From an uncultured delta proteobacterium (lineage in GTDB: Bacteria > Myxococcota_A > Polyangia > Polyangiales > Houyiibacteriaceae), in assembly GCA_963817725.1 (NCBI GenBank), contig CAWFPD010000010.1, positions 413,104 through 477,103 of the forward strand: 64,000 nucleotides of DNA, given 5' to 3'. Position numbers and translations under genes: made by a program. The notes below the pieces were generated by a model that ran no database searches, was not told where the DNA came from, and saw nothing but the letters and a program-made list of their open reading frames with translations. Of this stretch, positions 29,564 through 39,013 are shown piece after piece (the stretch's first letter is position 1; every line of letters begins with the position of its first letter).

Positions 29564-30357
29564 GGCTCGTTCATTTTCAGGCGCTGGCGCTCGCCGAACC
29601 ACTGAAAGGGCTTGAGCGCCCTCAGCCCGAGCGATGGAAAAGGGCGGAGGGCGTGGGCAAGCGCAGCCCGCGTGCGCGGAACGCTCACCGCGACCCTGGG
29701 TTTGTCCACGAGGTCGAGGACCACGCCAGCCACTTCTTCCACGGTGAGCAACTTGGGCGAGGAGAACACCAGGCCGGCCTCTTTCGACGAGCGCACGTTG
29801 CGAACCATGTCGGTGTCGATTCCGTCGGGGCACACGGCGCTGACCTCGATCGGCAGCGACGCCCTTTGCAGGTCGCCCGCCAGGGAGATGGTGAAGCCGA
29901 GGACGGCCTGTTTGGTCGCTCCGTAGACCGCCAAGCCGGGAACCGGGGCAAGCGATGAGATCGAGGCGATGTTGATGATGTGTCCACCCGCGGCGCTCAT
30001 CGTGTCGATCGCCGCGCGCGCGCCCCAGATCATGCCCAGCAGGTTGACGTCGATCATTTGCCGCACGACCTCGTCACTATGCTCCCAGGGGTTGCCCGTG
30101 TAGAGCACGCCGGCGTTGTTGACCCAGAGCGCGAGCGGGCCGCGTGCGTTGGCAGCCTGAGCCACCGCCTTGTGCGATCCAGGATCTCGAACGTCCTGGC
30201 GCAGGGACCATGCGCCGCCGCCTATCATGCGAGCTGTCTCGGCTGCGCTTTGCTCGTCGATGTCCGTCACCAGCACCGTGAAGCCCTTGCCTGCAAGACC
30301 CTGGGCGATTTGCCGCCCTAGCCCCTTTCCTGCACCGGTTACGACTGCGGTTTTCAT
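29560..30357 (-). CDS. Short-chain dehydrogenase/reductase (SDR)
   Basis: The start is taken at MKTAVVTGAGKGLGRQIA. It has NNAG and the catalytic YGATKQA. The longer 392-aa track ORF has an implausible Arg/Pro-rich N-terminus. Confidence 0.85.
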   Translation of the reverse strand: MKTAVVTGAGKGLGRQIAQGLAGKGFTVLVTDIDEQSAAETARMIGGGAWSLRQDVRDPGSHKAVAQAANARGPLALWVNNAGVLYTGNPWEHSDEVVRQMIDVNLLGMIWGARAAIDTMSAAGGHIINIASISSLAPVPGLAVYGATKQAVLGFTISLAGDLQRASLPIEVSAVCPDGIDTDMVRNVRSSKEAGLVFSSPKLLTVEEVAGVVLDLVDKPRVAVSVPRTRAALAHALRPFPSLGLRALKPFQWFGERQRLKMNEP

Positions 30358-30447
30358 GCGGGCGTTTTGCTCGGATCCGGCCGGGAGTTCAAGCGCACCG
30401 GCTGGTTCCTCTAGCCAAAGATGGCGGTTCCATCTAGCATCCGCCGC

Positions 30448-32580
30448 ATGAATCGACTTGGTTTTCTTGTGGTTGGCGCGCTCTTCAGCGTCCTGTGGCC
30501 CGCCGGGTGCGGCAGTGATGGCAGCGGCGCTGCGGGCGGGACGGGAGGAACGGCCGGAGCAGGTGGCACGGGCGGGACGGGAGGCGCAGGCGGAACGATC
30601 CCAGCGCCGCCCTTGGGCTGCGATCCGCTCACGCCTACGTATTGCGGGTTCCCCTATCCCAACGACTACTGGACGGTGGCGGATTCGACCACCGTGACCG
30701 GGCTTCGGCTTGCCCTGCCCGAAGAGATCATGCCGCAAAACGAGTTCGGCGTCCGTTCCGATCCCGGCCCCTTCAACGAGATGGATGGATTTTCAGCCGG
30801 CATCGCGGCAATGACGCACTTTCCAGGAGCCACCGTCGAGGGGCTACCCACGCCGGACACCATCGCCGATTCGCTGCTCGACGATTGTCCCACGGTGATC
30901 CTCAACGCCGAAACGCGCGAGCGGTTGGCCCATTGGGTGGACCTCGACGAGTACGTCGTCGAAGCCAAGTTGCGCGTCGACGACCCGACCAAGGACAAGC
31001 CCGACTTCAACATCGACCGTCCGCTCGAGGAGCTTCGACAGGAGCAAGCCCTGATGCTGCGCCCCGCGATCCGTCCCGAGGATGCGACCCGCTATATCGT
31101 CGCGATTCGGAACGTTCGCGACAGCGAGGGCGCGCTGGTGGAACCCTCGCCTGGTTTCGCGGCCCTGCGCGACGGCACGCCCTCCGGTGATGACGTGATC
31201 GAATCACGCCGCGCGCATTTCGAAGAGATTTTCGCGACGCTCGAGAACGCCGGAATCTCGCGGGACGACCTTCAAATCGCATGGGATTTCACCACGGCAA
31301 GCCGCGAGAACAACACCCGAGCCATGGTGCACATCCGGGATGACGCGCTCGCGAAATATCCCAATGGAGTTTCCTACGGCATCAAGCTCAAGAACGACGG
31401 CATCGATGCAGGCATCGCCTGTGGCCTCGAGATCACTTTCGACATGCCGCTGTACATGACCCAGAGAGAGCCCGGCGGCTTGCTCAACCTGGGGACCGAT
31501 GGGCTTCCCGAGCAAAACGGAACGTTCCCAACGTTCCAGTACACCGCGACCATGATCGTTCCGGACAGCTCCAGCCCAGAGACGCCGTCCCCGCTCGTGG
31601 AGTTCGGCCACGGCCAGCTCGGGACCCAAGCGCAGGTGTTGGGGCACGACTTTCAGCAGCTCGTCGCCACGGAGAACCTTGCAGCGTTTGCGCTCGACTG
31701 GAAAGGCTTTGCCAGCGATGACGTGCCGATCATCTTTGCTGCCATCTCCGGGGGTGATCTTTCGGACTTCCGCGCCATCCCGGAGCGCATGCATCAAGGT
31801 TTCCTCAACTTCTTGATGGCGATGCGAACACTATGGCGCGAAGCCGATGGGGGGCCCAGCACCCCTCTCAACCAGTTCCTCACCGACAATTGCGGCGGCG
31901 CCAAGCTCGATGGCAGCAAACGATACTACTTCGGCGGCAGCCAGGGAGGGATCCTCGGCGCGAGCATCATGGCGCTCACCCAAGACATCGAGCGGGGCCT
32001 GTTGGCCGTACCGGGCCAGTCGTACAATCTCCTGCTCAACCGAAGCGTGAACTTCGACGAGTTCGCACCGCTCTTCTACGCCCACTACAACTGGAACGCG
32101 CTCGACTCCCAGATGAACCTCGCCTTGATTCAAGGGCTTTGGGACCGGGCCGAGCCCACGGGATACTCGAAATACATTCGCACCAATCGCCTCCCCGACA
32201 CGCCCGCACACGAGGTCCTGATCCAGGTGTCCAAAGGCGACCACCAGGTGACCAATCTCGGTGCGCACATCATGGCTCGCACCATCGGTGGCGTGGTGAA
32301 CCTCGCCTCAGATGGCGATGTCAGCAACGTCATACGGCCGGTGTGGGGTATCGACGTCGTCGCCGGCCCCCATGAGGGCTCCTCGATGATCGAAGTCGAC
32401 TTCGGAAACCCCGAGGCGCCCCTCATCAACATTCCGCAATGGGACGACACGCTGCCAGACCCGCACGGCCGAGCCACGGAGCTACGCGGAATCGGCAGCA
32501 CATTGCTCGGCTTCTACGAAACCGGCATCGCCGAGAATCCATGCATGGGCCCATGCGACGAAGACGACATCTTGCCCTGA
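30448..32580 (+). CDS. Secreted lipoprotein, possible alpha/beta-hydrolase-like
   Basis: The start is taken at MNRLGFLVVGALFSVLWPAGC (lipobox). It has a Gly/Thr/Ala linker and a possible nucleophile elbow in YFGGSQGGILG. Confidence 0.5.
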   Translation: MNRLGFLVVGALFSVLWPAGCGSDGSGAAGGTGGTAGAGGTGGTGGAGGTIPAPPLGCDPLTPTYCGFPYPNDYWTVADSTTVTGLRLALPEEIMPQNEFGVRSDPGPFNEMDGFSAGIAAMTHFPGATVEGLPTPDTIADSLLDDCPTVILNAETRERLAHWVDLDEYVVEAKLRVDDPTKDKPDFNIDRPLEELRQEQALMLRPAIRPEDATRYIVAIRNVRDSEGALVEPSPGFAALRDGTPSGDDVIESRRAHFEEIFATLENAGISRDDLQIAWDFTTASRENNTRAMVHIRDDALAKYPNGVSYGIKLKNDGIDAGIACGLEITFDMPLYMTQREPGGLLNLGTDGLPEQNGTFPTFQYTATMIVPDSSSPETPSPLVEFGHGQLGTQAQVLGHDFQQLVATENLAAFALDWKGFASDDVPIIFAAISGGDLSDFRAIPERMHQGFLNFLMAMRTLWREADGGPSTPLNQFLTDNCGGAKLDGSKRYYFGGSQGGILGASIMALTQDIERGLLAVPGQSYNLLLNRSVNFDEFAPLFYAHYNWNALDSQMNLALIQGLWDRAEPTGYSKYIRTNRLPDTPAHEVLIQVSKGDHQVTNLGAHIMARTIGGVVNLASDGDVSNVIRPVWGIDVVAGPHEGSSMIEVDFGNPEAPLINIPQWDDTLPDPHGRATELRGIGSTLLGFYETGIAENPCMGPCDEDDILP

Positions 32581-32621
32581 TGAGCTTGTAGGGCACCATG
32601 GCCGAGGCAATGGCGTAAGCC

Positions 32622-33236
32622 GTGGGTGATCCGCCGAACCGCGTTCTCGTACTTTTCGCGCACCCCGCGCTCGAAAGATCTCGCGTCAACCAAGCGCTGA
32701 TCGGCGGCTTGGACCGTTTGCAGGGCATCACCCTTCACGATCTTTACGAGGCCTACCCCGACTTCGACGTCGACGTCGAGCGCGAGCAGACGCTCCTCGT
32801 CGAGCACGACGTGATCGTGCTGCACCATCCTCTTTTCTGGTACAGCACGCCGGCGTTGGTGAAACAGTGGGAAGATCTCGTGCTCGAGCACGGATGGGCC
32901 TACGGAAGGGGTGGCACTGCGTTGCGGGGCAAGCGGATGATGAGCGCGATCACTACGGGCGGTCGCGAAACCGCCTATCAACACGGCGGCCACAATCGCT
33001 TCACGATCTCCGAGCTGCTACGTCCGATCGAGCAGACGGCCGTGCTCTGCGGGCTGGACTATTTGCCCCCCTTCGTGGTCCACGGAACCCACGGCCTTCG
33101 GGAGGCGGAGATCGCGTCGCATGCTGCGGACTATCACCGCGCGCTGACGGCTCTGAGCCTAGGAACGCTGGACATAGAGGCGGCGCGACAACAGGCGAGG
33201 ATCAACGCAGACCTAAACGCGATCATCAGGGAATGA
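32622..33236 (+). CDS. KefG/KefF-type flavodoxin-like quinone oxidoreductase (K+ efflux ancillary protein)
   Basis: GTG start. VLVLFAHPALERSRVNQAL…VIVLHHPLFWYSTPALVKQWEDLVLEHGWAYG matches the KefG/KefF family. It lies directly upstream of kefC. Confidence 0.85.
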   Translation: MGDPPNRVLVLFAHPALERSRVNQALIGGLDRLQGITLHDLYEAYPDFDVDVEREQTLLVEHDVIVLHHPLFWYSTPALVKQWEDLVLEHGWAYGRGGTALRGKRMMSAITTGGRETAYQHGGHNRFTISELLRPIEQTAVLCGLDYLPPFVVHGTHGLREAEIASHAADYHRALTALSLGTLDIEAARQQARINADLNAIIRE

Positions 33237-33245
33237 GGGCCGACG

Positions 33246-35135
33246 ATGCATGGGCAGGGATTTTTCTTTCAAGCATTCGTCTACCTCGGCGCTGCCGTGA
33301 TCGCGGTGCCCGTCGCCAAGCGCCTCGGCCTCGGCTCGGTGCTCGGCTACTTGCTCGCCGGCATGGTCATCGGCCCGTTCGGCCTCGGCCTCATCGGGAC
33401 GGAAGGTCAGGACGTCATGCACTTCGCGGAGTTTGGCGTCGTCATGATGCTCTTCGTCATCGGCCTCGAGCTCGAGCCTTCGCTGCTGTGGCGGATGCGC
33501 GCGCCCATCATGGGACTCGGAGGCCTGCAAGTGGCCGCGACGACCGCAGCGGTCGGGGGGCTCGCCATGGCCTTCGGGTTTCACTGGAAAGCAGCCCTCG
33601 CCATCGGGATGATCCTCGCCCTTTCGTCCACTGCCATCGTGTTGCAGACCTTGGCCGAAAAGGGCCTCCTAGGCACCGACGGAGGGCAATGCGCGTTTGC
33701 CGTCTTGCTCTTTCAGGACATTGCCGTGATCCCGATGTTGGCGGTGCTCCCGTTGCTCGCATCGGGGGCAGCCGCCGGTGCCGGCGGCTCCGAAGCCGCT
33801 GACCACGCCGCATCCTGGGTGGAAGGCCTTCCTGCGTGGGGGCAGACGCTGGCCGTCCTCGGCGCGGTTGCCGCCATCGTCGTCGGCGGCCGCTACCTCA
33901 TCCGACCCGTGTTTCGGTTCATCGCGAGGACGAGGCAAACCGAGATCTTCACGGCAGCCGCCTTGTTGCTCGTCATCGGAATCGCGCTTCTCATGGCGGA
34001 GGTGGGACTCAGCCCCGCGCTTGGCACCTTTCTCGCCGGCGTGGTTCTCGCCAACAGCGAGTATCGGCACGAGCTCGAGGCCGACATCGAGCCGTTCAAG
34101 GGTCTATTGCTCGGCGTCTTCTTCATCGCCGTTGGCGCCTCTGTGGACTTTGCCTTGATCTTGGACGACCCGGGCGGCGTGGCGGCCGCTGTCGGCGCGC
34201 TGATCGTCCTCAAGCTGGCCGTCCTGGTGGTGCTCGGGCGCGTGTTCGGAATGGGCTTGGACCAGAATCTGATGTTTTCCTTTTCCCTGGCCCAGGGCGG
34301 TGAGTTCGGCTTCGTTCTGTTCTCCTTTGCGTCGCAGCAGGGGGTGCTGGACACGGAGACGACCCAAAGGCTCACCGCCGTGATCGCGATCTCCATGGCG
34401 ATGACTCCGATCCTGATGCTCTTCAACGAAAAGCTTCTTCAACCGCGCCTTGGCACCCGGGAGCGTCAAGAGCGCAAGCCGGACGTAATCGAGGAGACCA
34501 ACCGCGTGATCATCGCAGGCTTCGGCCGCGTCGGTGGAATCGTCGGCCGACTGCTTCGAGCCAACGGGGTCGGCGCCACGGTTCTCGAGTTCAACTCGGA
34601 TCACGTGGAGCTACTCAGAAAGCTCGGTCTCAAGGTCTTTTATGGAGATGCCTCCCGGCTCGACTTGCTCCGAGCGGCCGGGGCAGAGGAGGCCGAGGTC
34701 ATGGTGCTGGCCATCGATGAGCACGACAAGCTCATGGGCATGGTCGAGACCGTCCAGAAGCACTTTCCACACTTGAAGCTGCTCGCGCGCGCGCGAGGTC
34801 GCGTCGAGGCCTATGACCTTTTGGAAAAGCGAGGCGTGCGAGTCTACCGCGAAACCTTCGACACCTCGCTACGCATGGGGATCGATGCGCTGCGCGCGCT
34901 TGGATCCCGCGCCTACCAAGCCCAACGCTCGGCTCAAAAGTTTCGACGGCACGACGAGTCCGCGCTCGAGACGCTGGCCCGTGTCCGTCACGATCAGGAT
35001 CAGTATTTCAACGCCGCTCGCCAGCACATTCAGGCGCTCGAGGAAACCATGTTGCAGGACGTCCGGAATGAGGACGATCTGAGAGACATGGGGTGGGACG
35101 CGGAATCCCTACGACAGGAGTACGGAGAGCAGTGA
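33246..35135 (+). CDS. kefC: Glutathione-regulated K+/H+ antiporter, CPA2 family (KefC/KefB)
   Basis: 629 aa. The N-terminus is FQAFVYLGAAVIAVPVAKRLGLGSVLGYLLAGMVIGPFGLG. It has a C-terminal RCK/TrkA-N domain (VIIAGFGRVGGIVGRLL). Confidence 0.9.
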   Translation: MHGQGFFFQAFVYLGAAVIAVPVAKRLGLGSVLGYLLAGMVIGPFGLGLIGTEGQDVMHFAEFGVVMMLFVIGLELEPSLLWRMRAPIMGLGGLQVAATTAAVGGLAMAFGFHWKAALAIGMILALSSTAIVLQTLAEKGLLGTDGGQCAFAVLLFQDIAVIPMLAVLPLLASGAAAGAGGSEAADHAASWVEGLPAWGQTLAVLGAVAAIVVGGRYLIRPVFRFIARTRQTEIFTAAALLLVIGIALLMAEVGLSPALGTFLAGVVLANSEYRHELEADIEPFKGLLLGVFFIAVGASVDFALILDDPGGVAAAVGALIVLKLAVLVVLGRVFGMGLDQNLMFSFSLAQGGEFGFVLFSFASQQGVLDTETTQRLTAVIAISMAMTPILMLFNEKLLQPRLGTRERQERKPDVIEETNRVIIAGFGRVGGIVGRLLRANGVGATVLEFNSDHVELLRKLGLKVFYGDASRLDLLRAAGAEEAEVMVLAIDEHDKLMGMVETVQKHFPHLKLLARARGRVEAYDLLEKRGVRVYRETFDTSLRMGIDALRALGSRAYQAQRSAQKFRRHDESALETLARVRHDQDQYFNAARQHIQALEETMLQDVRNEDDLRDMGWDAESLRQEYGEQ

Positions 35136-35152
35136 GCTGTGGCCCCGGGTGA

Positions 35153-35785
35153 TCAGATCCAACCCAGCCCGGCGCCGAAAACGAGCAGGCACAGGGCGTC
35201 GAATCCCAAGATGACGCCTACCGCCGCCGCTTGTCTCTTGATGCACTTCATGTCGTGCACCCAGTAGGCCACCACGAAGAAAGGGAAGTAACCGAACAGG
35301 AAGATCAGCCAGGGAGCGGAGCGATTCCACCAGGGATAATCCCAAGTCAGCGCGCCCACTGCATTGAGCAGATACTCGACGAAGACCGCGAGCGCGGCGA
35401 AGAAGATCGCGAAGAACCAGCGGTTGGGAAGGCCTAGAATCTTCACATCCCTGCTGGGCAGCATCACCGTCGTGGCGATACCCATGATCGCGAACATGAA
35501 GCAGATTTCAATGTTGAGACCGATCAGGATCAGATAGGCCGTTTCGCCGGGTGCTGCCCACACGGGCGCGTAGTCGGTGAAGTGAAAGACCAGCGAGTTC
35601 CAGATCTCGTTGAACCAGTCCATCCCCCACAAGGCAAGTCCGGCGAACACCACGCTGTAGTTCTTTCGGCCGATCTGGTCGTGATAGACGTAGAGCACGA
35701 TCAACAGGAACGGAATCACGTACCACTGGAAGTCAGACGGATCGCGCAGGTGCGACAGCGCTCGTTGGGCGGATTCAGTGGGCAT
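35153..35785 (-). CDS. Polytopic membrane protein of unknown function
   Basis: 210 aa with about 6 hydrophobic segments. I did not recognise any family. Confidence 0.5.
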   Translation of the reverse strand: MPTESAQRALSHLRDPSDFQWYVIPFLLIVLYVYHDQIGRKNYSVVFAGLALWGMDWFNEIWNSLVFHFTDYAPVWAAPGETAYLILIGLNIEICFMFAIMGIATTVMLPSRDVKILGLPNRWFFAIFFAALAVFVEYLLNAVGALTWDYPWWNRSAPWLIFLFGYFPFFVVAYWVHDMKCIKRQAAAVGVILGFDALCLLVFGAGLGWI

Positions 35786-35940
35786 GCCCGGTGATGTACC
35801 ACTGTCGGCCGACGATTGGCCAACCCAGAAATCATTCGCGAAATCGACGAGTTGATCGATCTTTTGAATCTCGCGAAACTGGCGCTATCCTCGGACGGCG
35901 GCGCAGGGCGGGTCCGGCGTCGCATTCCACACGACGTAAG

Positions 35941-37338
35941 ATGCTTCGATTTGTCTCAAATCGGTGGTCCCTATTGTCGTTGGCGGTTTTGGTCGCCGGC
36001 ATCAGTGGCGGGACCGTCGCCTTCGGGGAACACACCACAACCCAACGAAACCAAGGAGTCGAAACGGTCGACGGCCAGCTCGTGCTCCGCGCTCCTGGTC
36101 TCGATGGCTGGAACGACCATCGCAAGGCGCCGCGAAACAACCCCGGTCAATCCTCCCTGTTCGGCGCAGCGTTTCACTACGACGCGTTCGTCTATGACGA
36201 CGCTACCGCCAACCCCAAGGTCGCGGGCGTGGTGCGGCGGGGATCCGTGCTCCCTCTGGGACCCAAGGTCAGCGGGTCGGGTTGCAAAAATGGTTCGTGG
36301 TACAAGACGGCACCCTTCGGCTATGTCTGCTCGGCGCTAGGCTTTCACGTCAGCGATCAGCCCACGGCCGAGCGGTATGGCGTTCCTCCAGCCGAGGTGA
36401 GCAGCCACCTTCCCTATCAGTACTCGCGGGTGATCAAGCAACGCGCACCGCGCTACTACCGCTTGCCAAGCATCGAAGAAGAGAAAGAAGCGCGGCTCGC
36501 GATGGACAAGAAGGGGCCTACACCCGAGGTCGTGTCGGCGCTCATGGAGGGCGACTATTTTCTCGCCCTTGCGGACAAAGAGACCCGCGAAACAGATGGC
36601 GCCGTATTCTATCGAACGGTTCGAGGCCGTTACGTGCGGGAGAGCGACGTCGAGCTTCGCAATCCCGAGGTGGTCCGAGGCGAGGAGCTGGGCCGGGACG
36701 GCTGGCACTTGCCTTTGGCATTCGTCTACGGCGAAGACCGAGACCTCTGGGATGTCGACCGCGCAAAGCCTCGGGTCACCGGGAAGGCTGAAAACCACGC
36801 CAGATTCGTGGTTGAGGACGAACGGGTGCAGGACGGAATGACTTACGCCGTGGGCTCTGCTGGGGCCGTGCGCCGGGACGAGGTGCGAGTGGCACGCCGG
36901 ACCGACCGACCGAGCGACGTTCCAAAAGGCGCCAAATGGATTCACGTCGACCTCGGACAGCAGACGCTGGTCGCATACGAAGGCGACGAGCCCATCTACG
37001 CAACGGTCATCTCGAGCGGCAAAGAGGGCTACGAGCCACCCACGGGCCTTTTCGAGATAGAACAGAAATACATCTCGACCACGATGAATGCCACGGATCC
37101 GATCGACGGATTCTATGAAGTCGAGGAAGTGCCGTGGACGCTTTATTACCACGGGGGCTACGCTCTTCACGGAGCGTATTGGCATACGGACTTCGGGAAG
37201 GTACGGAGCCATGGTTGCACCAACATCTCACCGGTCGACGCTCGCTGGCTCTACTATTGGAGCGACCCGAAGGTTCCACCGGCGTGGCACGCGGTACGCT
37301 TCCAGCCCGACACGACCTGGGTCTATTTCACCAATTGA
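35941..37338 (+). CDS. L,D-transpeptidase (YkuD domain) with N-terminal membrane anchor
   Basis: The start is taken at MLRFVSNRWSLLSLAVLVAG. The C-terminal catalytic motif is YALHGAYWHTDFGKVRSHGCTNISPVDARWLY. Confidence 0.85.
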   Translation: MLRFVSNRWSLLSLAVLVAGISGGTVAFGEHTTTQRNQGVETVDGQLVLRAPGLDGWNDHRKAPRNNPGQSSLFGAAFHYDAFVYDDATANPKVAGVVRRGSVLPLGPKVSGSGCKNGSWYKTAPFGYVCSALGFHVSDQPTAERYGVPPAEVSSHLPYQYSRVIKQRAPRYYRLPSIEEEKEARLAMDKKGPTPEVVSALMEGDYFLALADKETRETDGAVFYRTVRGRYVRESDVELRNPEVVRGEELGRDGWHLPLAFVYGEDRDLWDVDRAKPRVTGKAENHARFVVEDERVQDGMTYAVGSAGAVRRDEVRVARRTDRPSDVPKGAKWIHVDLGQQTLVAYEGDEPIYATVISSGKEGYEPPTGLFEIEQKYISTTMNATDPIDGFYEVEEVPWTLYYHGGYALHGAYWHTDFGKVRSHGCTNISPVDARWLYYWSDPKVPPAWHAVRFQPDTTWVYFTN

Positions 37339-38068
37339 GCAACCCGCGGCCGAGCAAGAGGAGCGCGGCGCCCCCTGCTATCAGAACGATGGCATTGCGT
37401 AGTAGGGGTCCATCGACGCGCGGAATCAGCGTGCGGCTGGCGCGAAGGCCGAGCCAGACTGCCGGAAGCAGCGCGGCCCCAACCACGACCTCGCCCGAGC
37501 TTACCTCTCCGGCTGCTGCACGTACGCCGATGGTGATGCACAGCCCAACCGCGAAAACAAGTCCCAGGTTGGCACGCACCGTGGGGCCGGTGTCGTTGCG
37601 ATAGAGAAGAGCAATGGGCGGTCCGCCGATGGCTGAGACCATGGCCATGATTCCGGAGGCCACACCGGCGCCAAACTCGCGACTAGCTGTCCGCCGGAAA
37701 CTCCCGCGGCTGATCACGAGAGCCACCCCGGTGAGCACCATGAGGGACATCAGGACATCTAGCGCGGACGCGGAGAGCATTTTTAGCAGAGCCACTCCGA
37801 TGAGAGCACCGGGAATGCGTCCAGCGAAGATCCACAACGTGCTGCGGACGTCGACCGCGTGGCGCTCGCGCAACACGATGGCGAGAGTGAGCGGCAGCAC
37901 CACCAGAAGCTGCGGCACGGGCGCAAAGATGGGATCGAGCAGTGAAAGCAACGGAACGCTGATGAGCGCAAAGCCAAAGCCGACGGTGCTGTGTAGCGCC
38001 GCAGCGAAAAAGCTCACGATCAGGGCCACGGCGAACTCGGGCGTCGCAATGTGTGCTATCGCTTCCAC
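37328..38068 (-). CDS. TauE/SafE (DUF81) family anion exporter-type membrane protein
   Basis: 246 aa. ALIVSFFAAALHSTVGFGFALISVPLL and the Gly-rich repeat halves are typical of the family. Confidence 0.75.
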   Translation of the reverse strand: MEAIAHIATPEFAVALIVSFFAAALHSTVGFGFALISVPLLSLLDPIFAPVPQLLVVLPLTLAIVLRERHAVDVRSTLWIFAGRIPGALIGVALLKMLSASALDVLMSLMVLTGVALVISRGSFRRTASREFGAGVASGIMAMVSAIGGPPIALLYRNDTGPTVRANLGLVFAVGLCITIGVRAAAGEVSSGEVVVGAALLPAVWLGLRASRTLIPRVDGPLLRNAIVLIAGGAALLLLGRGLLNW

Positions 38069-38098
38069 GGGCGGTGCTAGGGTAGTCAGGCTCTGATC

Positions 38099-39013
38099 AT
38101 GCGGCCAACCAAGACCACGAGGACTTTCGAGCCGCTCATGGCTCCGACGGGCCGTGCTCTGAGAATCGCGGCGGACGCGCTCGACACGGTGGTCCGCAAT
38201 CTCGAAAACACTCGTCGAATCGCGAACTTCCTGCGCGCAAGGATGGAGCTCAAGGTGCGGTCGACCGACGTGTTCATCTCGAGCTATCCCCGCTCGGGCA
38301 CCACACTCACCCAGTGGATTCTCTATCTATTGACCCACGAGCAGCAGCCCGATCCCGAGCATCTCACACGGGTATCGCCATGGTTCGAGCGTTCTCTCGC
38401 GATGGGCGAGCTGACTGCAGCCGATTTAGAAGCGTTTCCTCCGCCCCGGGTGTTCAAGAGTCACCTGCCGCGACAGTGGTTGCCAGACGGCGCACGCTAC
38501 ATCTACGTCCAACGCAACCCGAGGGACGTGTTGGTTTCGTATTTCCATTTCTATCGTGCGTATCTGGGATTCCACGGTTCGTTCGACGATTTCTTCCGCC
38601 GATTCATGGAAGGACGTGTGCAGTACGGTTCCTGGTTTGATCACGTCGCCGGATGGCGGGAGAGGGCGGGCGATCCCGACCTGCTGATCGTGAGGTACGA
38701 AGATTTGGTAAGTGATCGCAAGGCGTCCATTCAGCGTATCGTCGATTTTCTCGGCTGGGAACGCGACGAACGATGGGTCGATCGCGCCGTGATCGAAAGT
38801 AGCTTCGACGCCATGAAGCGCCGTGAATCCGTCTTTGACCATGCGACGGCGTTGCTCCTCGAGCGCGGAATCACTCAGCGCGCCTTTTTACGCTCGGGGG
38901 TCGTGGGAAGCGCCGACGGTGAGCTGAGTGAAGCGCAGGCGCGAGAGATCAAGGAGCGAAGCTCGAAGGCGCGTCGGCTCTCGATCCGAGGGCTCGCCGC
39001 GTTCCTGCAGTAG
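38099..39013 (+). CDS. Cytosolic-SULT-type (Sulfotransfer_1) PAPS-dependent sulfotransferase
   Basis: It has the 5'-PSB loop FISSYPRSGTTLTQWIL, KSHLP, the 3'-PB motif RNPRDVLVSYFHFY, then RFMEGRVQYGSWFDHVAGW, YEDL, SSFDAMKR and FLRSGVVG. By eye it is colinear with animal SULT1/SULT2 enzymes. The start is uncertain (M1 or M14). Confidence 0.85.
   Translation: MRPTKTTRTFEPLMAPTGRALRIAADALDTVVRNLENTRRIANFLRARMELKVRSTDVFISSYPRSGTTLTQWILYLLTHEQQPDPEHLTRVSPWFERSLAMGELTAADLEAFPPPRVFKSHLPRQWLPDGARYIYVQRNPRDVLVSYFHFYRAYLGFHGSFDDFFRRFMEGRVQYGSWFDHVAGWRERAGDPDLLIVRYEDLVSDRKASIQRIVDFLGWERDERWVDRAVIESSFDAMKRRESVFDHATALLLERGITQRAFLRSGVVGSADGELSEAQAREIKERSSKARRLSIRGLAAFLQ

Noticed and set aside
30520-30600. 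GGN-rich DNA periodicity (GGCACGGGCGGGACGGGAGG…) that looked like a short tandem repeat or CRISPR-like array
   Set aside because: It encodes the Gly/Thr/Ala linker (GAAGGTGGTAGAGGTGGTGGAGGT) directly after a lipobox. It has no spacer/repeat architecture.
35835-35878. Short palindromes TTCGCGAA and CTCGCGAAA, plus GATCGATC, in the divergent region between the membrane protein and the L,D-transpeptidase
   Set aside because: They are 6-8 bp GC-rich palindromes with no second matching site of defined spacing elsewhere in the window. This is compatible with chance in this composition.
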